Positions 7,343 to 15,384 of a stretch of 20,000 nt of DNA are shown here, in pieces. Positions within the stretch are counted from its first letter, which is position 1; each line of letters opens with the position of its first letter. The stretch comes from an uncultured virus (IMG/VR IMGVR_UViG_3300037067_009054). Its lineage: Duplodnaviria > Heunggongvirae > Uroviricota > Caudoviricetes. The stretch lies in the IMG/VR virus record IMGVR_UViG_3300037067_009054; one strand, written 5' to 3'. Both the position numbers and the translations under genes were made by a program. Under the pieces are notes generated by a model. The model searched no databases. It saw nothing but the letters and a program-made list of their open reading frames with translations, and was not told the origin of the DNA.

Positions 7343-10300
7343 CTACCAGTCTCCTAACAATGTCTTCTGTTTTCCATCTCTTAACTTGTCGTTGCGTAGC
7401 AACGACAAGTCTTCTCCGGTGCATTCTAGGATTCTTAGTACTGGTGGCAGTATTTGCTTGTTTATGTAGTAGTCTGTGTCTACTTGTAGACTCATCTTCA
7501 TTATGTAGTCTGGGTCTTCTGCCCTATCTACGAATTTTTCTTTTTGTTTCTTTCCTCGCATCCTACCTTTTATTATTACATAAGGTACTCTGTCTCCTAT
7601 ACTTGGTGCATTGCTTCCTCTCTTTTTCATTCTTTCTACTAGCTGTACGTGTGGTTGCTTGTTTTTATATGCTTGTGCTCCTTTCCCATATCTTTTCGTT
7701 ATTGTCAAGTCCTCTAGCATTTTTCTGTCTAGTGCCAAGTTTAACTTGTGTACATCTTTTATTGTTCTGTCTACCAGTTCTATTGCCTCTTTTACTTTTC
7801 CTTCTTTTAGTATCAGGTCTAGGCAGGTTGCCATTGTTTTCGTTGTTAAATTGCACCAGTCCCTTCTAACTGTTTCTATTCCTCTTACTTTTATCTTATC
7901 TTTTCCGTTTGGTTCTATCAGCCACAGGGCGTATCTTTTCTTTGCTAGTAGTATTCCTCTTCTCGCAAACGATTCGAACACCAGTTCCATTGGTTCCGGC
8001 AGAGTCTTTGTTACTTCTTCTGCTATTTTCTTTCCTATTGTCTCTGCTTCTTGCAGAGACAATGAATTTCCTTCTGTTCGTATTACTTTTACGAAAACTG
8101 AATCTGTGTTTTTTAGCAATATGTTTCCGCAAGAATCTGTAAATGTGTGTACATCTCTTATGGTCAAGTCGTATACGTATCCATTGTAGTTTTCACATGT
8201 TATATTCGTTTTTGTTTTTGTATTGTCTGCTTTTTCTTTTTCTTCTCTTCCTTTTGTTTGTATACTATATACGTTTTTTTCTTTTCTGTAATTTATGTTG
8301 TGTTTTATTTCCATCGTCGAAATTAATGTCGATATTCCTGATACCAATTCTATTGATACCGTTGCATATGCAAAGTTGTTTCTTTTGTATTTATCACTAA
8401 ATCCGTTCTTTTTCGAGAATTTTCTTGATCCGTCTCCTTCTATTAGTACTTCTAGTAATTTTTCTTTATATTCATCTTGCATGTTGTATGTGAATTTTGG
8501 CAGTTTTTTCTCATAAGCGCCGTGTCCACATAATGCAGTAAATACTGCTGCACTTATTCCGTTCATCATTTGTAGTTTTCTTGTTTCGTCTTTATATGTT
8601 GTTCCATTTGATAATGTTCTTATTTTTTTATTTGATTCAATTATACACGTTTCTCCATTTTTGAATAATGTGTGATATGCTATTTGCATTTTTTCTAACC
8701 ATATTACATCTGAATCACATATACTTGCTCCTAATCTCGATCCAAATGTTGAACTTCCGTTTGTTATGTATCCTCCTAACAATATGCACAATTGTTCTAA
8801 ATCGTTTCCTTTTATGTATCTCTTTACCAATACATTTTCCTTTCTGTTTGTCCATCCGAATTTTAGATATTCTTCATTGTATATCTCAAATTTCGATGTT
8901 TTTTCTCTTCCTTTATACATTTTCTTATATTCGAAGTCTTTTACATATTCATATAAGTCTATTGAGTTTATTTTGTTTTCTATTTCTGGTATCTTGCATT
9001 TATACATTCTTGTTCTGTTCATGTCTGTTGGTTTTGTTTCTATTAAATTTTCGTCCATGTAAGAATGATCTTCTGTTGTTATCGATTCTCCGTATTTCTG
9101 GTTTACTCTATATATCTTTTTATTTGTTTTGTGTCTCATTATCGTTTCTATTTGTTCCCATCCTTTATGTGTTAGTGCGTCATATTTCGTGCATTTTACG
9201 TATTCTTTTTCTCCTATCTTTTCTACTTTACTGTTTTGTTTGCATGATTCAAACAGTTCTTCTATTCTTATTACTTCTATCATTCCTTTTTTGTTTCTTA
9301 CTGTTACACATCTATCTTTTGTTATACTATCTCCATATACTACGTTGAAATTCGATTTTTTTACATCTTTCATGTTATCTATAACATCTACTGTTCTTAG
9401 GATATTTTCCCTTCCGAATGATGTTACGGCATTTGCAATTCTTAGGTCGTATAATCTCGCCCTTGCGTATCCAGAGTAACCATAGAAGCTGTTCAGTAGT
9501 ATTTTCAATGCATACTGTTTTGCATCTAAGAATGCTATTTCCTTTTCATCTTTCGTCTTTTTCATTTCTTTTTTAATTGCAATTCTTTTTTCTAATAGTT
9601 CGTTCAATATCTCTGGTACTATTCCAGGTAGTATACTTTCATCCACGAAGCACCCGCCTCCGGCTGGTGCTTGTATTAAGTTTTCGTTATTTATCTCCGA
9701 CCCGTCACCGTGTGACGGGTCCGTTACTGTTGAGTAGCATAAGTTGTATGCCATCATAATGGTTGGATATAGTGATTTGTAATCAAGTACTACTGTATCT
9801 TCGATTATTCCTTTTTCTGGTGTTAGTACTTCTCCTCCTTTCAGGTCTTTGTTTTCCTCGAATCTGTCCTCTGACATTTCCGAATCTGGTTTTGTTGATA
9901 CTACTCTATCATATTTTCTGAACCTTCTTAAAAGTAGGTTCTCAATCATGCCGGATTGCCCGCCGTTTGCAATGTCCTGTAGAAGTGAGCCACTTGCCTT
10001 TGACATTTCTATATATCTTTCTACTACTTTCATCTCATCCAGTAATTCCATTACTAGTCTTGCATCTCTTCTTGAATATGATATGAATTTCTTTAATCCT
10101 TCTCCTTCTTCGGCCCACATTTGTTCTATTTCTTTTGGGTCCACGTCTAGTTTTTCTATTTTCAAAAGTTCCTTTGCTACGTTTCTCAGAGTGTATTGCT
10201 TCAGTTTATATTTTGATTCCGTTGAAGCTCTTAGGATCGGTAGCAGGTCAATAATAACTTTTCCCGTCCATGTAACATTTGTCTGTGTTACTATCTTTTT

Positions 10301-11104
10301 TGCATACCACTTCGTGTTTATCTGCTTTATTTTTGCTCTTTCTTGTAGGTATGTGAAATCGAATTCATTCGAGTTGTAGCCAGCAATTATGTCAGGATCG
10401 TAATTCTTTAAAATTAGCATGAAGCTCGCAAGTAACCCGAATTCATCAAAACACGCCATTGTGTCCTTACGGATACAATCTATTTGCTTTCCTACTAAAA
10501 CCAAGTCGTTTAAACCATTATAAGCAGGGCTGAAAGCCATGCTTATCAGAATCACAGGTGACTTATCGGATGTTGGCATTTTTCCTTTGTCTGGTAGACA
10601 CTCAATATCGAAGGTCATTATTCTTATTGGTGCATTTGTTTCTACTTCGGTTCTTTTTATGTCTTTTTCATTTATTTCATTCCCGTCTGGTGTTTCTGCC
10701 CAGCTCATGCCACCAAGATCTTTGTCTATTAGAAATCGATTCTTGAATAATATGTCAGTTTCATATACTGCTTTTACTCCATCCACCATTTTTGCTCTTT
10801 CTCTTAAGTTTCTCACTTCTTTTGGATCTGTCGTAGTTACTTTAAACATTAACTTTTTTGATTTTTGATATCCAATTGGTTCGAATTTTTTTATTTCTTC
10901 TACTTCTGCATTTAATCTTTCTGCCAGTTCGTTCTTTACTATTTTTTTGTCTGCTTCTTCGTATATCCCTACATAGAAGTATGGTTTGAATCCTACTATT
11001 CTTTTTACTATGCTTGTTCCTTCTTTTGTCTTCCCGTAGAGTTTTATTACTGGATTTTTTTCGTTATCGTAAATGTAGTTTGCATCCAGTATCTGAAATA
11101 TCAC
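7343..11104 (-). CDS. polB: Family B DNA polymerase, euryarchaeal cellular-like, intein-containing
   Basis: ExoI FDIE, ExoII GYNSNEFDF, ExoIII YSRRD; Pol motifs DYKSLYP, KILLNSFYG and YGD|TDS (split by an intein); N-terminal GFKPYFY and YETDILF; C-terminal PIP-like QKTLLGDW. Confidence 0.97.
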   Translation of the reverse strand: MIFQILDANYIYDNEKNPVIKLYGKTKEGTSIVKRIVGFKPYFYVGIYEEADKKIVKNELAERLNAEVEEIKKFEPIGYQKSKKLMFKVTTTDPKEVRNLRERAKMVDGVKAVYETDILFKNRFLIDKDLGGMSWAETPDGNEINEKDIKRTEVETNAPIRIMTFDIECLPDKGKMPTSDKSPVILISMAFSPAYNGLNDLVLVGKQIDCIRKDTMACFDEFGLLASFMLILKNYDPDIIAGYNSNEFDFTYLQERAKIKQINTKWYAKKIVTQTNVTWTGKVIIDLLPILRASTESKYKLKQYTLRNVAKELLKIEKLDVDPKEIEQMWAEEGEGLKKFISYSRRDARLVMELLDEMKVVERYIEMSKASGSLLQDIANGGQSGMIENLLLRRFRKYDRVVSTKPDSEMSEDRFEENKDLKGGEVLTPEKGIIEDTVVLDYKSLYPTIMMAYNLCYSTVTDPSHGDGSEINNENLIQAPAGGGCFVDESILPGIVPEILNELLEKRIAIKKEMKKTKDEKEIAFLDAKQYALKILLNSFYGYSGYARARLYDLRIANAVTSFGRENILRTVDVIDNMKDVKKSNFNVVYGDSITKDRCVTVRNKKGMIEVIRIEELFESCKQNSKVEKIGEKEYVKCTKYDALTHKGWEQIETIMRHKTNKKIYRVNQKYGESITTEDHSYMDENLIETKPTDMNRTRMYKCKIPEIENKINSIDLYEYVKDFEYKKMYKGREKTSKFEIYNEEYLKFGWTNRKENVLVKRYIKGNDLEQLCILLGGYITNGSSTFGSRLGASICDSDVIWLEKMQIAYHTLFKNGETCIIESNKKIRTLSNGTTYKDETRKLQMMNGISAAVFTALCGHGAYEKKLPKFTYNMQDEYKEKLLEVLIEGDGSRKFSKKNGFSDKYKRNNFAYATVSIELVSGISTLISTMEIKHNINYRKEKNVYSIQTKGREEKEKADNTKTKTNITCENYNGYVYDLTIRDVHTFTDSCGNILLKNTDSVFVKVIRTEGNSLSLQEAETIGKKIAEEVTKTLPEPMELVFESFARRGILLAKKRYALWLIEPNGKDKIKVRGIETVRRDWCNLTTKTMATCLDLILKEGKVKEAIELVDRTIKDVHKLNLALDRKMLEDLTITKRYGKGAQAYKNKQPHVQLVERMKKRGSNAPSIGDRVPYVIIKGRMRGKKQKEKFVDRAEDPDYIMKMSLQVDTDYYINKQILPPVLRILECTGEDLSLLRNDKLRDGKQKTLLGDW
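7384..7410. repeat. Intragenic perfect inverted repeat (polB 3' end)
   Basis: acttgtcgttgc-gta-gcaacgacaagt; 12-bp perfect stem. Confidence 0.9.
8037..8063. repeat. Intragenic perfect inverted repeat (polB, just after the intein)
   Basis: attgtctctgc-ttctt-gcagagacaat; 11-bp perfect stem. Confidence 0.9.
8108..9328 (-). mobile_element. Intein (407 aa) with LAGLIDADG homing endonuclease domain, inserted in the YGD|TDS catalytic motif of PolB
   Basis: Begins SITKDRCV right after YGD and ends NILLKN before TDS; block B TTEDHS; block F VYDLTI; LAGLIDADG-like LLGGYITNG and LLEVLIEGDG. AT-richer than the flanking exteins. Confidence 0.95.
9648..9721. repeat. Twin intragenic inverted repeats in polB
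   Basis: aagcacc[c]gcc-tcc-ggc[t]ggtgctt (9648-9672) and perfect gacccgtcac-cgt-gtgacgggtc (9699-9721). Confidence 0.85.
10458..10546. repeat. Second pair of intragenic inverted repeats in polB
   Basis: attgtgtcc-ttac-ggatacaat (10458-10479, one G-T) and ataagca[g]ggct-gaa-agcc[a]tgcttat (10520-10546). Confidence 0.7.
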
Positions 11105-11607
11105 TTTATATCATCCCTTAGTTTTTCTATTGTGTGTATGAATCCCAGGTGTCTTATGTCATCTACGTCTAGCTCTAGTAGCTTGCATAATTGCATAGTC
11201 CATGTGTATGTTTCACAAATGTAGTACTTGAAGTCATAGTTTCCGAATCTCCATCCTTGTCCATGCCATTGATTTGCAGTCGCTACTATTTTTCCACAAT
11301 GGCTTGCAATTAGTCCAATTACTAATTCTTTATCATCCTCTTGATAATGTGGCCCCAGCTCCCACGGTTTGCATCCTATGTTGTCTCTGAAGTCGTGTTC
11401 ATTGCTTGCTATTTCACATTGTACTAGCATGTCTCCCAGTGCCAATTCCATTTCTTTCATATATGCATTTTTAAGATCATCTTGTTTTGTCCATTTCCTG
11501 TAGCACTTGAATAAATCACCAGCATTTGAAAAAATAAACATTGCTCTTGCTAGTGTGGTTGGATTGTCTTTTTCTTTTTCAGATAAAATTCTTCCGTAAT
11601 TAATCAT
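11101..11607 (-). CDS. Divergent MazG-like all-alpha NTP pyrophosphatase fold protein
   Basis: AGDLFKCYRK...EMELALGDMLVQC resembles the MazG ExGE...EELGD helices but several acidic residues are missing; lies between thyA and polB. Confidence 0.45.
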   Translation of the reverse strand: MINYGRILSEKEKDNPTTLARAMFIFSNAGDLFKCYRKWTKQDDLKNAYMKEMELALGDMLVQCEIASNEHDFRDNIGCKPWELGPHYQEDDKELVIGLIASHCGKIVATANQWHGQGWRFGNYDFKYYICETYTWTMQLCKLLELDVDDIRHLGFIHTIEKLRDDIK

Positions 11608-11608
11608 G

Positions 11609-12370
11609 TTAACGTACTCCGTGGAACGTTGGTACTCTTTCTACTCTACGTGCTTCATTTAAGTCGTAGTCGTATATATGCAATGAATCATTGTCGTCAA
11701 TGATTCTTGCTATTTGACATCTATTCGGTTTAATTACTTCTCTATTTAGCATCTCTACTATTGCTACTAGATTTGATTGCCATGCCCCAAATAGATCTCT
11801 TGATCTCCATGATAGGTGTACATCTACTATATTTTGTTCATACCAACGTAACCAAATTCTTTGTAAGCACGGACTTGATGTGTTGTACATTCCATCTCTT
11901 TCTGCTTCCCATGTAATTGCTTGATTGAAGTTTGATGCCGTTTTTGAATCCATTTGTGATTTTAGTAAATCACTCATTGCTTCTAATTGATTTAATGTTC
12001 CGTTTTGTTCAAAATCGCTTAATCCTCTATATTGCTTTAGTCTTTCGTAGTATAGGTAATCAAATCTTTCGCTTTCTTTTGTTTTGTTGTTGTATTCACT
12101 TAGGAATTCACTTGTGAATTCTTTGCAGTATTCTTCAAGTCTCTTCCCTCCAAATTTGTATTGTGGATGTGTTTCGTGTCTTTCTATTTGTCCTATTGCG
12201 TCTCCCCTTAAAATGATTTTTTGGCACGAATCCTTTGCTTTTTTTCCTTCTCCTGGTGTTCCGAAAATTAATTCGGTTCCGTGTGTTAATACGAATTCAA
12301 TTGCAGCCGTCCAGGCATTGTGAAAGCTTTGTGATGCTATTGTGTTCGTTTGTGATAGTTTAATCACCAT
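11609..12370 (-). CDS. thyA: Thymidylate synthase, archaeal ThyA-like
   Basis: FDYLYYERL, AITW, catalytic PCLQ, RSRD..GAW.SN, SLHIY. Confidence 0.88.
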   Translation of the reverse strand: MVIKLSQTNTIASQSFHNAWTAAIEFVLTHGTELIFGTPGEGKKAKDSCQKIILRGDAIGQIERHETHPQYKFGGKRLEEYCKEFTSEFLSEYNNKTKESERFDYLYYERLKQYRGLSDFEQNGTLNQLEAMSDLLKSQMDSKTASNFNQAITWEAERDGMYNTSSPCLQRIWLRWYEQNIVDVHLSWRSRDLFGAWQSNLVAIVEMLNREVIKPNRCQIARIIDDNDSLHIYDYDLNEARRVERVPTFHGVR

Positions 12371-12373
12371 ATA

Positions 12374-13012
12374 TTATTGCTCCTGTATTGGACTGATAAC
12401 ATTTTTCCTAGTTTTTGGTATGTCTTTTCGTCCAGTAGATTTAGTGCTTCCCTTAAGTTCTTTTCCGTAAGTTTCACCACTTCCTTTCACCTTCAGTTCA
12501 TATGAGTAAGTAGTTTCTGTGCTGCATATTTGGTTTATGTCTTCTTTTCCCAGGTTTTGTTCTGCCACATTTATCGGTATCTTTATTTTTCCTTCTTCTA
12601 CGTACTTGTTTGCCAGTAGTGGGTATGTATCTACGAACTTCTTTGGAATTATCGTTCTCACTGTCCTCTTGCTGCGCAAGAGGCCAATTGTTCCTGTTTT
12701 GTTATATACTGCATCTTTCTTTCCCTTCGAGAATGCATCTGGTCCCCATGTTTCTTGTTCTACTTTTTTTCCTATTTCTATTACTTTTTCTTGTAACGTT
12801 CTTTTTTGTTCCATTAATTCATTTACTTCATTTTCTATTCCCAGTTCGTTTATTATATCTATTACTTTTTTTCTTGCTTCTTCTAATTTCTTGTCTCCTT
12901 CTAAACTTTCTATCCACGCTGTTTTTACTTTTATCACTGCTTGCATTGATTCTATTTCTTCCATCTCCGCTTCCAGTTGAGCTGGAAGCGGTTTACCTGG
13001 AATTATTTTCAT
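12374..13012 (-). CDS. Hypothetical protein with N-terminal coiled coil and basic tail
   Basis: 212 aa; E/K-rich helical N-half; codon usage matches neighbours. Confidence 0.75.
   Translation of the reverse strand: MKIIPGKPLPAQLEAEMEEIESMQAVIKVKTAWIESLEGDKKLEEARKKVIDIINELGIENEVNELMEQKRTLQEKVIEIGKKVEQETWGPDAFSKGKKDAVYNKTGTIGLLRSKRTVRTIIPKKFVDTYPLLANKYVEEGKIKIPINVAEQNLGKEDINQICSTETTYSYELKVKGSGETYGKELKGSTKSTGRKDIPKTRKNVISPIQEQ
12665..12683. repeat. Intragenic inverted repeat
   Basis: cctcttgc-tgc-gcaagagg; 8-bp perfect stem. Confidence 0.65.
12967..12991. repeat. Intragenic perfect inverted repeat near the 5' end of 12374..13012
   Basis: ccgcttccag-ttgag-ctggaagcgg; 10-bp perfect stem. Confidence 0.85.
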
Positions 13013-13204
13013 TTACTGTTCCCTCGCATCTACTAGTCTTATGTACATTGTATATGGTCCTGCTTCTTCGTAATTCTTTGGTGGAAATATCTGTTTACTT
13101 CTCATTTGTTGTGTTTCATTTATTTCCATTACTATCAGTTCTCCGTTTTCGATTCTATCTGCCGTCTTTCTCAAGTTTTCTATTATATCGTTGTTGTTTA
13201 TCAT
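13013..13204 (-). CDS. Small hypothetical protein (63 aa)
   Basis: ATG at 13204 follows a strong SD AGGAGG (13214-13219). The longer ORF start at 13255 would run through an intergenic hairpin. Confidence 0.7.
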   Translation of the reverse strand: MINNNDIIENLRKTADRIENGELIVMEINETQQMRSKQIFPPKNYEEAGPYTMYIRLVDAREQ

Positions 13205-13221
13205 CCAAAAATTCCTCCTAT

Positions 13222-13249
13222 CTGCGTCGTGCCCTATGGCACGACGCAG
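13222..13249. promoter_or_regulatory. Intergenic hairpin directly upstream of an SD
   Basis: ctgcgtcgtgcc-ctat-ggcacgacgcag; 12-bp perfect stem between the stop at 13252 and AGGAGG. Confidence 0.75.
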
Positions 13250-13251
13250 GT

Positions 13252-13797
13252 TCACAGTCCTAGATTCAAATCTACTGGTACTTCGTCGATTACTGCCGCT
13301 GCTGGTTCTTCTGCTTCCGGTTCTGCTTTTCCGGTTTCTTTTAGGTTTTTAACCATGTCTGGGAACTGGTCCATGTATATGTCTTCGATGTCTTTTTTTG
13401 AGATGTTTAAGGCTGTGCATATTGCATCTTTCTTTGCTCTCGTTCCTGCAATGGTCGGGATGTAGTATTTCCTTCTGTCTGGTATTGCTGTTCCGTCTGG
13501 TAATAGGAAATCTGCAAATTCCCTTTCACATGCCGATCCTACTCCGTCTGCATCTTTGTCATCGAATCTTGCATGATATATTGATTCAACTACCAGGCCC
13601 AGTTTCTCTCCTGTTATCATGGTTGTTTTTACCATTCTCAATTCTTTCAATCCCATTTTATTTGCTATTGCAATTGCCCCATCTCCGGTAAGGTCAATTG
13701 TCAATTTCTTTTGTTTTGTTTTTTTGTCCTTGAATGGGCTTGTATAAAAAAATGAGATGTCGAATTGTATTCCTTTTAGGTGTTCTGGTATTGTCAT
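13252..13797 (-). CDS. Putative single-strand annealing recombinase (Rad52/Sak/ERF-like)
   Basis: ADGVGSA...IAGTRAKKDAICTALNI matches the G.G.A...A.TRA..RA...ALGI pattern of viral annealases; acidic tail; SD GGTGGAG. Confidence 0.65.
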   Translation of the reverse strand: MTIPEHLKGIQFDISFFYTSPFKDKKTKQKKLTIDLTGDGAIAIANKMGLKELRMVKTTMITGEKLGLVVESIYHARFDDKDADGVGSACEREFADFLLPDGTAIPDRRKYYIPTIAGTRAKKDAICTALNISKKDIEDIYMDQFPDMVKNLKETGKAEPEAEEPAAAVIDEVPVDLNLGL

Positions 13798-15383
13798 TAC
13801 TCCACCTTTATTCCTGTGACATCCTCATATATCTGTTCAACTACTGGTTGTGGGTATTTGTTCAGGCCCAGCTTGTTATACAGATCATCGAATTTCAGTG
13901 TCTTCAATGCTTCTACTTTTACCTCTCTTGGATCGCTGTCTAATATCTTTTCACCGTTTGGCTTCTTCCTTACTACTCCTGCAATGAACAACATTGCATC
14001 TTCTATTTCTGTTACTATCGCGGAAGTCTCCGAATCCTCTTCTTCGTTTACTTCTGTTGTTTCCACTTTTGCTTCTTCATCTATCTTGCTTAGGTCTACA
14101 GAGTCTACTTTCTCTGCTTCTTTCTCTGTTTCTTTCTCTGCTTCTTTCTCTGCCTTTTCTCTTGCTTCTTTCTCTTCCAATTCTTTTGCTTTCTTCGCGT
14201 TAGCTGCTACGTCTTTCTTGAACTTTTCCAGTTTTTTGTCCACTACTGGTGCTGCTACTGTGGCCGCTACTGGTGCTTCCACTGGGGCCACTAATGGTGC
14301 CATTACTGTGGCCACTACTGGTGTTGCCGCTACTGGTGCCACTACTGGGGCCGTGTCATTTAGAATTGGTGCTTCTTCTACTGGTGTTTCTGGTTCCTCT
14401 GGTGTTAGTGTCTGTTGACCTTGTTTCACACTCGTTGTTCCTATTACATCTCCTTCTAATATTGCCAGTGCATTGATGTTTACTGTATATCCGTTGTCTG
14501 TGTCTCCCTTGATACTCGATACAGATCCTATTACGATTACCCTTCTCTCGTCTATTGCGCCACCTACCCATGCTGCCTGATCCTCCGGGTTATCGTATTT
14601 TTCAATGCTTTCTTTGCACAGCTCCACGAAATCTTCAATTTCAATCGGTGTTATTCCGGTTCCCATTTTCGGTGCTGTGATTCTTACCCATGCCGTTATT
14701 CCGTTTGCTGTCTTTTTCGATCTCAATGAAACTCTCGGCCCTTCTGCTTTCTCTGATTTATCGTAGATCGGTTGCTTCTCTTTCGACCCATATTTGCTCA
14801 TTGCTGATGCATTTGCCAGAGTCATTTTTACTACGACTACGGGTGGTGGGTTTGTTATTTTTACTAATTTCTGAATGTCTTCCAGTTCTATTGCTGCTCC
14901 CCACTCTGTTATCTTTGCTAAGATCTCTTCTCTTGTATATGGTTTCCTGCCGAATACGTTTGTAATCCAGTAGCTCTTCCTCCCTTCGTAGTCCTCTACT
15001 ACTACTTTAATTGAAGCTGCTGCGTTTTGTGGGATCTTGATTTTCTTGTCTCCCAGGTCGACCATTCCGTGCCAGCTCTGAATCTCCTTTCCTTTCTTTC
15101 CTTGCAGTAGGCCATATACTGTCGGCCCCTTGCCTGAGTCGCCTACTACTTCTCTCGCTCCGAATATGATTCCCTGTTCGTCTTTTGCCGATCCATCTGT
15201 TTCTGCTTTTCTTAGTTTTTTCATTGCAAATCCGGTTGCGGTTTGCACTGAATAGTTTGCATATTCTTTGTATGCTGCTTTTATTACTTCGTTGGCGTTC
15301 GGTATCTTTTTTACTAATTCTGGGTTCGTTGTCGTTACATTTGCTATGAATTCATCTTCTGTAATTTGGCTTACTTTCGTCAT
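13797..15383 (-). CDS. Putative multi-OB-fold ssDNA-binding protein with low-complexity linker
   Basis: Beta-rich N-terminal ~320 aa ending VIVIGSV...INALAI (OB-fold-like); Pro/Ala/Val and EKEA repeats; acidic C-terminal domain; adjacent to the annealase. Function is inferred. Confidence 0.4.
   Translation of the reverse strand: MTKVSQITEDEFIANVTTTNPELVKKIPNANEVIKAAYKEYANYSVQTATGFAMKKLRKAETDGSAKDEQGIIFGAREVVGDSGKGPTVYGLLQGKKGKEIQSWHGMVDLGDKKIKIPQNAAASIKVVVEDYEGRKSYWITNVFGRKPYTREEILAKITEWGAAIELEDIQKLVKITNPPPVVVVKMTLANASAMSKYGSKEKQPIYDKSEKAEGPRVSLRSKKTANGITAWVRITAPKMGTGITPIEIEDFVELCKESIEKYDNPEDQAAWVGGAIDERRVIVIGSVSSIKGDTDNGYTVNINALAILEGDVIGTTSVKQGQQTLTPEEPETPVEEAPILNDTAPVVAPVAATPVVATVMAPLVAPVEAPVAATVAAPVVDKKLEKFKKDVAANAKKAKELEEKEAREKAEKEAEKETEKEAEKVDSVDLSKIDEEAKVETTEVNEEEDSETSAIVTEIEDAMLFIAGVVRKKPNGEKILDSDPREVKVEALKTLKFDDLYNKLGLNKYPQPVVEQIYEDVTGIKVE
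14109..14177. repeat. 12-bp tandem repeat encoding EKEA/EKET
   Basis: tttctctgcttc, tttctctgtttc, tttctctgcttc, tttctctgcctt, ttctcttgcttc, then a partial copy. Confidence 0.85.
14241..14352. repeat. Degenerate ~12-bp tandem repeat encoding APVV/APVA/ATVA
   Basis: Recurrent (c/g)ctactggtgc and actggggcc units; protein APVVAPVAATPVVATVMAPLVAPVEAPVAATVAAPVV. Confidence 0.8.
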
Positions 15384-15384
15384 T

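Noticed and set aside
13205..13255. N-terminal extension of ORF 13013..13255
   Set aside because: It spans a GC hairpin and an AGGAGG site that points to ATG 13204.
14109..14352. Tandem repeats as a CRISPR array or iterons
   Set aside because: 12-bp in-frame coding repeats with synonymous variation and no spacers.
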